Of a stretch of DNA of 64,000 nucleotides, positions 29,026-41,631 are shown one piece after another. A program made the translations under genes and the position numbers. The notes below the pieces were generated by a model. That model saw only the letters and a program-made list of their open reading frames with translations. It ran no database searches and had not been told where the DNA came from. Numbering within the stretch: the stretch's first letter is position 1; each line of letters starts with the position of its first letter. Source of the DNA: Eledone cirrhosa (lineage: Eukaryota); NCBI GenBank assembly GCA_964016885.1, contig OZ024753.1:44082001-44146000 (forward strand), written 5' to 3'.

Positions 29026-30335
29026 TATGGTACTGAGTTTGTAAGTTTAGTTAGCCTCATACAAGATTATATCTTATAGGAGGCTTCTTGGGTACCTTAA
29101 GGATAGGAGACTCAGTCCTATCATGAAATGCAATGTGAAATGAAGCATATTGCTCAAGAACACAATGCCACACCTGGACCAAGATTTGAACTCACCAGTT
29201 ATTGATCTTGTGTCCAGCATCCTAACCACAAGACCACTGACCTTAGCCTATCTGCTATTGTCTTCCATTTGATAAATCCTCAACTATACAAGATGAAAAT
29301 ATGACATTTTCTCTTTGTTTTTCTTTCACCTCTATTGTTTTTAGCTGAATAACATCATCTAGAATAATGGAGGAGAGTATTAAAGAATTTGAAAATATTG
29401 CTAATTTCCTCGCAGAAAACAACCCGAACCTTCTCATTTGAAATGCCATGAAACAACATGAAAATAAAAACACAAGAGCAAGACATTAATTCAATGCAAC
29501 ACAACTGAAAATAAAGTCAGAATTTTAGATTAAAAAGTTACAAAACTATCTTTTATCTCTGAAGAAAAATTGATATTCATAGAATACTATTTATTGAGAA
29601 TAGAAATGGCTTTAGAAGAATAGGAAATATTTGTTAACCATCTGATATCACTTTCTTTTATTTTTATTTTACTGTTTTTCATGTTCACTGAAGATTAGAA
29701 TTTAAAAATGAAAAGAAAACAACACCTGAAACTAGAGATAAAATTTTAAACTTAAGAAAAAAATATTGGTTCATATTATAGACTGACATGAATATTATGA
29801 TATTTAAAAAAGATTTTAAGATTCAAAATGAAAGATTTTTTAAATTTTTTTAATTTTAGTTTTAACCCTTTCATTAGATTAACATTCCAACGCTAGTTTG
29901 TTGTTTATTCAAGTAGTAAAAACTAACATTCAGAATTTTTTTATCTGCCACCACCTATCTGATTTATTTAAACAGGAATTGTCAAGGCTATTTCTAAATG
30001 CTTTTACCTAGATGATTCATCGATAAAATCTTGGTAAAACGAATTGTGCAGAATTTTTAATGTTTTCTCTCACACGGTAGTGATTTAAGAATAAGAAAGG
30101 AATATAAACAGACATATTATAATTGAATACTAATTGTGCTTAATTCTTCCTTCAGAGAGAATGGTTTCTGTCATGTAAAAATGTGAAAATTCTTAGTCAT
30201 CATCATCATCATTATATGCCTGCTTTCCATGCTGGGTTGGGTTGAATGGGTTGTGACAGTCAAAGAATAGATAAGTTGAAAAGACTTCATATATTCAACG
30301 TTAAAACGTATATTTATTGATGACAAATCACAGAC

Positions 30336-30378
<43 letters not shown>

Positions 30379-30379
30379 A

Positions 30380-30488
30380 TAATTGTTTCTACTTTCGACA
30401 CAAGGTCAGCAATTATCCCAGAGCATTACTGGTACTTTATTTTATCGACCCCGTAAGGATGAAAGGCAAAGTTAACCTCGGCGGGATT
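30380..30488 (-). mobile_element. 5'-truncated S1 SINE
   Basis: Reverse tail and central domain up to the B box. Confidence 0.85.
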
Positions 30489-30629
30489 AATAATAAATGT
30501 GAAGACTAAAATCTGAAGAGGGCTCGATAAGGATAATATATATATAAAATATATAAAAACCATAGAACAAATATTTATTGAAATAACAGATTAAAGTTTA
30601 AACAAAGAGTCGCTGCTTTCAACCTTATA

Positions 30630-30680
30630 TATATAGAAGAGCTTCCACAGAACTAGAACTGTTTAATTCGTGAGAAATCA
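30630..30680 (-). mobile_element. H1 fragment truncated inside CUGAUGA
   Basis: Minus strand: atga-tttc tcac gaat-taaa-cag ttctagtt ctg-tg-gaagct; core mutated; inside (TA)n. Confidence 0.7.
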
Positions 30681-30859
30681 TATATATATATACATATATA
30701 CACACAATATAATACTTACAGAATGAAAACACAAACACAAATGATATATACAAATATAAACTCATAAAAGACAGATTAAAAAAAAACTATATTTGGTGTG
30801 GTTTCCACAGAAAAATATCCTTCCTAAAACCAAGCCCTTTATAAATTGTACTGGGAGGA

Positions 30860-32378
30860 GGGTGCATTTTATCATGACACCAGCACTACCACTTTACAGA
30901 GTGTACTGGCTACATTTTATAAGGTCACCAGCACTATCACTTTACAGAGTGTACTGGGTGTATTTTATCATGGCATTAGCACTTTATAGAGTGTACTGAG
31001 TATATTTTATCATGGCACCAGCACTACCACTTTACAGAGTGTACTGGGTTTATTTTATCATGACACCAGCACTACCACTTTACAGAGTGTACTGGGTACA
31101 TTTTATCATGGCACCAGCACTAATACTTTACAGAGTGTACTGGATATATTTTATCATGGCACTAACACTACCACTTTACAGAGTGTACTGGGTATATTTT
31201 ATCATGGCACTAGTACTACCACTACCACTTTACAGAGTGTACAGGGTATATTTTATCATGACACTAGTACTACCACTTTACAGAGTGTACTGGGTATATT
31301 TTATCATGACACTAGTACTACCACTTTACAGAGTGTACTGGGTATATTTTATCATGACACTAATACTAACACTTCACAGAGTGTACTGGGTATATTTTAT
31401 CATGGCACTAACACTACCACTTTACAGAGTGTACTGGGTATATTTTATCATGGCACTAGTACTACCACTTTACAGAGTGTACTAGGTATATTTTATCATG
31501 ACACTAATACTACCACTTTACAGAGTGTACTGGGTATATTTTATCATGGCACTAGTACTACCACTTTACAGAGTGTACTAGGTATATTTTATCATGCACT
31601 AGTACTACCACTTTACAGAGTGTACAGGGTATATTTTATCATGACACTAGTACTACCACTTTACAGAGTGTACTGGGTATATTTTATCATGACACTAGTA
31701 CTAACACTTCACAGAGTGTACTGGGTATATTTTATCATGGCACCAGTACTACCACTTTACAGAGTGTACTGGGTATATTTTATCATGACACTAGCACTAC
31801 CAATTTACAGAGTGTACTGGGTATATTTTATCATGGCACTAGTACTACCACTTTACAGAGTGTACTGGGTATATTTTATCATGGCACTAACACTACCACT
31901 TTACAGAGTGTACTGGGTATATTTTATCATGGCACTAGTACTACAACTTTACATAGTGTACTAGGTATATTTTATCATGACACTAGCACTACCAATTTAC
32001 AGAGTGTACTGGGTATATTTTATCATGGCACTAGTACTACCACTTTACAGAGTGTACTGGGTATATTTTATCATGACACTAACACTACCACTTTACAGAG
32101 TGTACTGGGTATATTTTATCATGGCACTAGTACTACAACTTTACATAGTGTACTAGGTATATTTTATCATGACACTAGCACTACCAATTTACAGAGTGTA
32201 CTGGGTATATTTTATCATGGCACTAGTACTACAACTTTACATAGTGTACTAGGTATATTTTATCATGACACTAGCACTACCAATTTACAGAGTGTACTGG
32301 GTATATTTTATCATGGCACTAGTACTACCACTTTACAGAGTGTACTGGGTATATTTTATCATGGCACTAACACTTCAC
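30860..32378. repeat. 48-bp minisatellite, ~31 units, SINE-derived
   Basis: Unit atggcactagtactaccactttacagagtgtactgggtatattttatc. It matches the SINE segment at 61795-61846 and is preceded by ccttcctaaaaccaa, as in that SINE. Confidence 0.95.
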
Positions 32379-32664
32379 AGATACACTGGTTGAATAAAGA
32401 TGGAATGGTCGCTGCTAAAATGCCATTGATCATAACATCTGCTCGTTCAGAGCTCACACAACACTAAAGAAAAACAAACAACTATTTTTGAAAATGAAAT
32501 GTATTGGAAATGGTGCTGCCAATATTGATCTAGTCCTTTCACTAAGTCTTTAGCAACTCATCATTTCATGGAATTCTTTCATCATATAGGTTGCAGTGGC
32601 AATATTAGAATGATCAACCAGGTACATATATTTGTATTCCAGTAACATCTACTGCATGTATATG

Positions 32665-33128
32665 GGAGAGAGAGAGAGAGAGAGTAGAAGAAAGTAAGAG
32701 AGAAAGGGAGAGAGAGAGATGAAAAAAGAAAGAGAGGAGCAGGATAAAGTGAAAGAGAAAGAGAGAAAGACAGAGTGTGTGTGTGAGAGAGAGTGTGTGT
32801 GAGAGACAGAGAGAGAGTGTGTGCAAGTGAGACAGAGAGAGAGTGTGTGTGAGAGACAGAGAGAGAGTGTGTGTGAGAGAGAGAGTGTGTGTGAGAGAGA
32901 GTGTTTGTGTGTGTGAGAGAAAGAGAGTGTGTGTGTGTGAGAGAGTGTGTGTGTGAGAGACAGAGAGTGTGTTTGTGTGTATGTGAGAGAGAGAGTGTGT
33001 TTGTGTGTAAGAGACAGAGAGAGAGTGTGTGTGTGAGACAGAGAGAGAGTGTGTGAGTGTGTAAGAGACAGAGAGAGAGAGAGTGTGTGTGTGTGTGAGA
33101 CAGAGAGAGAGAGTGTGTGAGAGAGAGC
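32665..33128. repeat. (GA)n/(GT)n compound microsatellite
   Basis: Directly visible. Confidence 0.95.
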
Positions 33129-34214
33129 AGCTGTTTCTGTAATAGCTGTTTCTCTGTAGTAAGTCAATGCAGTGACCAGAAATTCTTCTTTCAATTCCTC
33201 CTCCCTATTTATAACATGCAGTTCATATATTTCCTTTCCGTTGTGCATTTAAAAGAACAAATTTCATTTTCCTTCAATCTCGTATTTAAAACTCCTTCCC
33301 TCCTTCCCAGCTGCCAGGCTCACTGTGGAGTTATTTGGTGGTTTAACTAACAGCTGGGTGTATTTATTGCACAAACAAGCAAACTTCTTAGATTGCTTGT
33401 TGCGCTCTATCAGTATGCCATAGAAACTACACAGCTCTACAGCTATACAAACTTGTTGATTGAGGTCAATTGATTCATTTAGCAATGACTGTTGATTTTC
33501 TAGACCAATTCTCTTGTAAGGAGGTGTCGAAAATTATCTCCAAGAAGAATTCAGCTTGTCGAATTATAGGAAATTTTTCTGACTGTTCAAGCAAACATAA
33601 TTCTTGTGTTTTCAACAATAATTTGACAGTTTAGATGCTGTTAATTGCTTCTACTAGTTTCTGTCATCATACTCATACTTTACTATCAATCTATTTATGA
33701 AATGACAGGCAGCTTTGTAATTAGTAAGGTTCTTTGTGCTTCACCTTCAGATCTAACAATATACAATCTATCTGGTACTCTTAAAAAGTTTTTCTACATA
33801 TAATCATTTCATCATCATTAGAGAGGCTATATATGTATGTGTGTGTGTATATATATGTTTCTCTCTCTTCTCTTCATTTCATCCTGTACACCACGAAGGC
33901 TATTTTTCTCTCTCCGCTCATAGCCTTCGCTCGTGTCGGGTCTGTTCTAAAAGCGCTCATATATTCACCTAGCTTATGCTAAACAGAATAATTTTTGAAG
34001 CTTGTTTCTTTCCCCTGGTTAGCCATACTCTTTGTTGTTCTCCTGTCTCACTTGCTTTACGCGTTTTAATTGTCCTAATAACTTATTTTGGTTATTATTG
34101 CACCGACGTGAGGTATATGATTTTTAATGCAATGAAATATCTATGATCTTCGGCAAATCACTGATGAGGGACTCATTTTATTACATGTTATCCATGTGCT
34201 ACCTGCAGTATTTT

Positions 34215-34245
<31 letters not shown>

Positions 34246-34342
34246 CTATATGTGTGTGTATGTGTGTATATATATGTGAGGGTTTATTTATATATATATA
34301 AACACCCACACACATACATGTATATATATATTTGTATATATA

Positions 34343-34374
<32 letters not shown>

Positions 34375-34520
34375 CACATACATGTGAGTGTGTTTATATA
34401 AATACATATACACACACATACATACATGTATATATATATTTATGTGTATATACGTTTTTGTATGTGTGTGTATATCATCATCATCATCATCATCATTTTA
34501 CGTCCGCTTTTCCCTGCTTG

Positions 34521-34555
<35 letters not shown>

Positions 34556-34918
34556 GCATATATATATATATATACATATTTATATATTTAGAGAGAGACT
34601 AGCTAGAGGCAGTGTTTCTCTCTTTTATATCTTTACTTGACAACTGTCTGTCATAGACAAAATTAGTAAATACTGTTGCAGTGTATGTGAGAGAAACAGC
34701 TATGGCTGATAAACACGATTGTTCTAGAATTTTGCACTGAAGTTAAAACATAAAACTATGTTTAGAGAAGAAGTTAAATATTTTATGCCATCACCTGGAG
34801 GAATGAAAATATTCTTGATGAATTAACAAACAAAGGGAAGGATGTTTTCCACAACTATATGAAACAGCTGCTAGATAAATATTACATATCAGAGAAAAGT
34901 ATAACTATACTTATATAT

Positions 34919-34967
<49 letters not shown>

Positions 34968-34970
<3 letters not shown>

Positions 34971-35173
34971 TTAATATAGATGAGATTCTACGGGATTAGA
35001 ACTGTTTCATTCTTTAGAAATCATCAGGAATCTGGATATCCAAAAATAAAAGTGGTATATATAGGTCTTTTCAGGTGGTAGGAGAGGGTGGGGAGTGGGA
35101 TGGGTAGAGGTCATTGGTAGATAGAAAAGGGAATTCATTAAAAACTAATTCTTTAAAGCTATAATTTATATTT

Positions 35174-35178
<5 letters not shown>
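34968..35178 (-). mobile_element. H1 element with upstream sequence (PLE pseudo-LTR-like: TATA, hammerhead, ATTAAA)
   Basis: Minus strand: cctatatatacc...gatatcc-AGATTC-CTGATGA...gta-GAATCT-catctatATTAAA, then (TA)n on both sides. Confidence 0.7.
34983..35033 (-). ncRNA. Type I hammerhead ribozyme motif
   Basis: AGAUUC-CUGAUGA-UUUC uaaa GAAU-GAAA-CAG uucuaauc CCG-UA^GAAUCU. Perfect 6-bp stem I, one mismatch in stem III. Confidence 0.75.
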
Positions 35179-35222
<44 letters not shown>

Positions 35223-35319
35223 TAAAATAACAGATTAAAGTTTAAGCAAAGAATCGCTGCTTTCACCCTTAACAGGATCTTCTGAAACTATTATATGTTG
35301 TGGTTGAAGAAGTGCTAGG

Positions 35320-35508
35320 AAATCCTAGTGGAAGGAAGCTGCAGTAGAGGAAGACCTGGGCAGGGTTGGTGACAGCTGATATTCAAATCACTGAGATTCC
35401 CAGAGAAGATGATGAAGGAACATGGTGAGTGGAGAGATGCTGTGCTGAAAAGGATTCATCCAATCCATGCAAGTATGGAAAAACAGACGTTAAAATGATG
35501 ATGATGAT
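35320..35508 (+). pseudogene. RTE LINE 3' end
   Basis: VEGSCSRGRPGQ...WRDAVLK, then tail ccatgcaagtatggaaaaacagacgttaaaatgatgatgat. Confidence 0.75.
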
Positions 35509-35519
35509 ACTTTTACGAC

Positions 35520-36066
35520 TGTAAATTGGTAGAGCATCGGACATGCTTTGGGACATTTAGTTACATCCCTTTATGTTCGGAGTACAAATCCTGCCAAGTT
35601 TATCTTTGCCTTTCCTCTTTAAGAGATTGCCGATGAAATAAAGTACCAGTAATTCACTGGAGGTCGTTTTAATTGACTTTCTCCTCCCCACAAAAAAAAA
35701 ATTGTGGTTTTCTGCTTAAATCAGAAACCATTATTGAGGTTAACTTTGCCTTTCATCCTTACGGGGCGATAAAATAAAGTACCAGTAATGTACTTGTATT
35801 TGCTGGCCTTGTGCCAAAAGTAGAAACAATTATTATATGTTGTTTTAGGGTGGTAGATTGGTCGTAATCGGTAGAGCAATAGACATGCTTTGCAACATTA
35901 AGTTATATCCCTTAATGTTCTGAGTTCAAATCCTGCTGAGGATATCTTTACCTTTCATTTTTCGGGGTCGATGATAAAATAAAGTACCAGTAATGCACTA
36001 GGGTCAATTTAATCGACTTACCCACTTCCCTTCAAATTGCTGGGCTTGTACCAAAACTAGAAACAA
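35520..36066 (+). mobile_element. Three stacked S1-type SINEs (two long variants and one truncated short variant)
   Basis: Repeated central domain and agaaac tails at ~35730, 35826 and 36064. Confidence 0.8.
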
Positions 36067-36422
36067 TTTATGTTGTTTTACACAGAAAAGGAGAACGAGG
36101 GAGAAAAATGGCGACTATAAAAACTATGGAAATTTAAAGCAAACTGTCTTTTACTAAACTATTTTACCAAAATATTTTTGTGAGAATCTATTAGAATATT
36201 AGAGAAGTTCTGACAGAAAAATGTCACTTTAACATCTACTGACCCTTACTATTGAGCAGATGCAAATTTAATGTAAACAAACATTTCACATCACTTTAGT
36301 TCTAAATTATACAAGTAATAGAAAAAGAATATGGCTTCCAGTCTCCATTGAAAATGTATGTGTGTGTGTGTGTGTATATATATATATCATTTTTTTGGAC
36401 ACCTTGTGTGTATATATATATA

Positions 36423-36508
36423 CAGGGTGTCCAAAATAATGTACTCACACTTCAACAGTATTTGAATAAAATTATAAAAGTGTATATATATATTTTGGGG
36501 ACACCCTG
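36423..36508. mobile_element. Tc1-like 86-bp MITE
   Basis: TA-cagggtgtcc ... ggacaccctg-TA; an extra right-TIR remnant lies at 36392-36408. Confidence 0.75.
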
Positions 36509-36530
36509 TATACACACAACTGTTGCTGTC

Positions 36531-36578
<48 letters not shown>

Positions 36579-37997
36579 AAGACATACACAAATTTGGTCG
36601 TTTTTGGAAGCCTCTACAATGCAGATGGATAAATTTCCAGGAAACAAAATCACGCAGCAGTAGGGAAAAAATAAACCTCATTCGGTCATTCCATGAAAGT
36701 ATCTTGTTCAGCCTATGAACCTTTCAGTCAACCCTCCTTGTATACTAGGTGCCATGCCACAGGACTGAACTCAGAGTGGTTGTGAAGAGGCTTATTTAAC
36801 CTCACAGTCAGGCTTACACCTTTATATAATATCTATCCTTGTAAAAGTACTTCCTCCTTACATATAAACTGGCAGGGCACTCTAGTAATTGAAATTAACA
36901 TTTAAAAAAAATATATAATAATTTTAATTCAACTTACAGATATTTATTTTAAACTCTATTAATTCTCTAGGGTTGAGCTGGCAGTGAGGAATAGGCTGTG
37001 CATGATTGAAGGAATGTGACATGAGATGATCCGGAATGATCTAGCGAAATACTTATTGTCAAGAGGTTTGAACTAAACACTAGCTTTTAATAATACCTCA
37101 TTGGGACTGAAGAGGTATTTACAGATTTCTAATGATATTAGATTGAATTCCATCGAGGAATCATAAAGTTGTAGTAATTGACATCTTATTTATGGTTGTT
37201 GTATTCACTAACATGGCATGTGTGTTTGTATAGCAACAACACACCACCACATTGACATCCTGGAGATTATAGAGCCATTTGAAGGAATAAAACATGTCAT
37301 TTAAGCTTATAAAAAAATGAATGGCTCAATTATAAAATATTATTGGGTAATAATATAAAGTCATAAGCAGAAATATTCTTCTGATTTCCCCTGCCACTAC
37401 ATCTCTATGGCTATCAAGGGTTACTGTCAAGGCAATAACAACCTGCACTGGTAATTATATTTTATAAACCTGTTTAGCGCAGCTTTTGTTATTAAACATT
37501 CAAGCCAATCCTACACAATAATTTCCATCACATTTTTATTTTGTTGTCTCCTTTTCTTTTGTTATCTTCCATTGTTGTAATATTATTTTTTATTGAAATC
37601 TGGAGACAAGGATGTCTTTAATAAGATTCCAACTGATTTAATATTTCTTGTAAAGAATATTGTTATCAGAGAAAGGAAATAGTCAGCTGATGATTGCATT
37701 AGTATATTACTGGTATAAAGAAGTGATTGGTAGAATTGTTAAAGAATTAGATAGGATATTTTTTAGTATCTGATCTGGTTCTAAACATTCTATGCTCAAA
37801 TCTGCCTCCTTCTGCCAGGAGTTGTGATCAGCTTGCAATGATAACAGCTTGTAATAGTACTTATGTTTAAGGACTACATTATCCGAGCTGTCTTTCTTTA
37901 AAAAAGAAATAAAACATTTTTGACACCAAACTGCCTGAAACCTATCGAATAACATGACAGGACTGGAGCTCCTTGCATTAAAACATCTGAGAAACTT

Positions 37998-38820
37998 ATT
38001 ATTATATACAACCCTATAGGGGCCAGCTAAACCTAGTTAGATCTATTTATTATGATATACAACCCTATAGAAGGTCAGCTAAACCTAGTTAGATCTATTT
38101 ATTATGATATACAACCCTATAGAGGCCAGCTAAACCTAGTTAGATCTATTTATTATGATATACAACCCTATAGAAGGCCAGCTAAACCTAGTTAGATCTA
38201 TTTATTATTATATACAACCTTATAGAGGCCAGCTAAACCTAGTTAGATCTATTTATTATGATATACAACCCTATAGAAGGCCAGCTAAACCTACATAGAT
38301 CTGATTCTTATGATATACAAACCCTATAGGAGACCATCTAAATCTATTTACATAAATCTGATTCTTATGATATTCAACTCTACAGGAGGCCATCTAAACC
38401 TAGTTAGATCTGATTCTTATGATATACAACCCTACAGGAGGTCAGCTAAACCTACATAGATCTGATTCTTATGATATATAAACCCTATAGAAGGCCAGCT
38501 AAACCTACATAGATCTAATTCTTATGATATACAACCCTACAGGAGGTCAGCTAAACCTACATAGATCTGATTCTTATGATATACAACCCTACAGGAGGTC
38601 AGCTAAACCTACATAGATCTGATTCTTATGATATACAAACCCTATAGAAGGCCAGCTAAACCTACATAGATCTGATTCTTATGATATACAAACCCTATAG
38701 GAGGCCAGCTAAGCCTATTTATAGAGATCTGATTCTTATGATATACAACCTTATGGGAGGCCAGCTAAACCTATTTATATAGATCTGATTCTTATGATAT
38801 ACAACCTTATGGGAGGCCAG
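37998..38820. repeat. ~52-bp minisatellite, ~15 units
   Basis: atgatatacaaccctatagaaggccagctaaacctagttagatctatttatt. Its reverse complement matches gtaggtttagctggc..ctat..ggttgtatc at 50728-50762 and relatives at 12603, 18320 and 29040. Confidence 0.95.
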
Positions 38821-39651
38821 GTAATAGCAACATTTAGAACAATTCGAAAATATATCTCATTGGATGAATTGATCTCTCTTCTGAAAGCTAATGACTTATA
38901 TAGCAGGAGGAGAGTTAGTTTCTTTTTTCCGTTTTACTCATCACAATACTGAAGACTGATATAGACACTTCTAATCCAACTGACCAAGACCATTGCTGAA
39001 GAAATTCAGAGTTTCAATTCTTATAAATATTTAATTGTATTATACAACTCTGCTAGACAAGACAAATTTCTTTCCTTTTTTTTTTTTTTTCTTTTTTCCC
39101 CCCAAAAGTTTTAACTAATAGCTTACTGGTATTTAACAAATGCTCGTCTCCTTTTTATTTTATTGTATTTATTTTTATATTTTATTGTATTTATTTTTAT
39201 TTTCATTTTATTTTTATTGCAATTTTATTTTATTTATTTTAATTTTATTTTATTTATTATTTATATCATTATTCTTTATAGTATCATTATTATTATTATT
39301 ATTATTATTTTCTGAGCTGCGAGATGACTTTTTTTTGTGGCAGAGTCGCAGTATAAAGCTAATTACTGTATAATTCAATCATAATCAAAGCTGTCTTCAG
39401 TAAAATCTTCATGCGTTTGGACACTCTAACAATTCCCAGACTAAATTCTGGTGCTGGAATTCATTTATCTCTTACGTTTTCTCCTACATAAACTGACATG
39501 GCCTATTTATTTCTTAAGCAATTTTCTTTTCCTCTTTCTGTTTTCTATCACCAGCTTAACTTTCACTTAGTCTTTTGTTTTATGCAAACACACACAGACA
39601 CATACACATGCATATATATATATATATACACACGCACAGACACACACACAT

Positions 39652-39685
<34 letters not shown>

Positions 39686-40488
39686 GCACAGACACACATT
39701 CACACATAAATGTATATGTGTGCACAGACACACATAAATATATATATGTATATATATAAGGCGCAGACACATGTATATACACATATACATACATACAGAC
39801 AGAAATTCACACATACATACACAACTACACACACACTTACATATGTACATACATATACACAAACAGACATATATATATAGACATACACACATATATATAT
39901 AGACATACACACATATCTATACACACACACACACACACACATATATACTTACATGCTTCCTTATTTTCAATTTCTGCTGTTCAAAAGAAATGTTTTCTTT
40001 TCTTTTCTTCTAATCACCCAGTCTGTATTTCTTTGTTTTGCTTTCTATACTGTTTTTATATTGTTTTCTATATTGTTTTCTATATTATGGTTCCCTGTAC
40101 CATTCAAATATAAAAATTACACTCTTCTGTCAGATATTTACCAGTTCTGGCATTTTATTACTTAACTCTTTAGATTAAGAAAAAGAATCTAAAATAAATA
40201 AGATAAAAAATATATGAAGTAAAAAGAGGGAAGAAAATTTTAAACTAATCGACTTCAAAATTTGATTGAGTTGTATTGAAAACAATCATTTTCACCATCC
40301 TGAAAAATATTTTCTTCTAAATTCGACTTTTTTTTTTTTTTGTAATGTGAAAAATTGTCATACAGTTATCATATAAGAACTGAACTTCATGAATATTGCA
40401 GTAGAATTGTGATAGAGTATGTATCATTTCATCATACGTCCGCTTTTTCCCTGCTTTTTCCCCGCTTTTTCCCTGCTTTTTCCCATCT

Positions 40489-40630
40489 TCAGACCGAGCT
40501 GAAGATCTGCATAAAGTGAAACATGTGTTGTCGGTATAGGGAACTAACTGTTGTAGAACTACTTCTACCAAACTCATCCCATGGACTGAGTGCTCCACTA
40601 CGGATATTACCTCCCAGTGTTCTACTATTA
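40489..40630 (+). mobile_element. Candidate hammerhead-bearing element (H4)
   Basis: CTGAAGA-tctgcataaagt-GAAA-ca tgtgt tg-TC-ggt. Stem I register is imperfect; followed by (TA)n. Confidence 0.4.
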
Positions 40631-40649
40631 TATATATATATATATACAC

Positions 40650-40688
<39 letters not shown>

Positions 40689-40770
40689 TATATATATATA
40701 CATTATATATATATACATTATATATATATATACATTATATATATATATATACATTATATATATATATATA

Positions 40771-40892
40771 TCGAAACGGCTTGAGCTCAGCCGTCGGGGT
40801 CCTACTCATTCCTATTACTCACTCTACTACCCTAAGTATTGAGTACTTTGGTGCGTTATGGTCCACCTGGTTCCTTACCACATTTCCTTTGT
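40771..40892 (+). mobile_element. H3 element, truncated just before GAAA
   Basis: cGAAA-cggct tgagctc agccg-TC-gggg: perfect stem III with palindromic gagctc loop and GUC triplet; (TA)n on both sides. Confidence 0.75.
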
Positions 40893-40920
40893 TGTATATA
40901 TATATATATGTGTGTGTGTG

Positions 40921-41034
40921 AGTTCTAGTTTCAATCAGGGGTAACCAGAGTAAGGTGCTCAATACATTAGTAGAGTGTAAACATCAAGTTTAATATATAA
41001 ATGGCTTCTACAGGACTAGAACTGTTTCATTCTT
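40921..41034 (-). mobile_element. H1 element 3' part, truncated in stem II
   Basis: Minus strand: gaatGAAAcagttctagtcctgTAgaagccatt...tattaaa...atgtattgagcacc; homologous to 60535-60645. Confidence 0.8.
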
Positions 41035-41581
41035 CCCCCTCTCTCTATCTTTTTCCCCCCTTTGCTTTCTTTCTCTATCAATTCTACTTCCTTCTGCCTT
41101 GTTAACCCCACATCACTTCTACATCACCCTTTCTCCATATGCTGCTAAACGCCTCATACTTTACACCATTCTGCTCTTTTGTCATCTCAGGACTGATATC
41201 CGAGAGTATTTATTTAATTTTTCTCTCCATTTCCTCCTGGCTAATTACTGCACACCATACCTTAATTGGCGTTGCTTTTTGTTTTTGGTTGAAAATACGT
41301 GGAGTTATATGTACACCTTCTATTTTGTTTTTAATGTTGAAATGTCTGACTATTGTATTTGAACATATTTATGTTTGCTTTGTTTTGTTCTGCTACAATA
41401 ACCTGGGACATTGGAAATATGATACTGACTTTATAACTGAAATTATAGTGATCTCCACTAGTTAGCTGATGAAAAAGGGATGTGATTGTGTTCTTAGATT
41501 GTCTCTCCATGTCAGATGTGCTAAGATTTGAATTATTACTATATACATTGATATAGATAGATGTGGTGTGTGTTTGTGTGT

Positions 41582-41631
<50 letters not shown>

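Noticed and set aside
30860-32378. CRISPR-like regular repeats (also 18700-19422 and 37998-38820)
   Set aside because: No unique spacers, eukaryotic context and no cas genes; these are plain tandem repeats.
33130-33810. Non-repetitive minus-strand ORF pieces
   Set aside because: Short, interrupted and without recognisable similarity.
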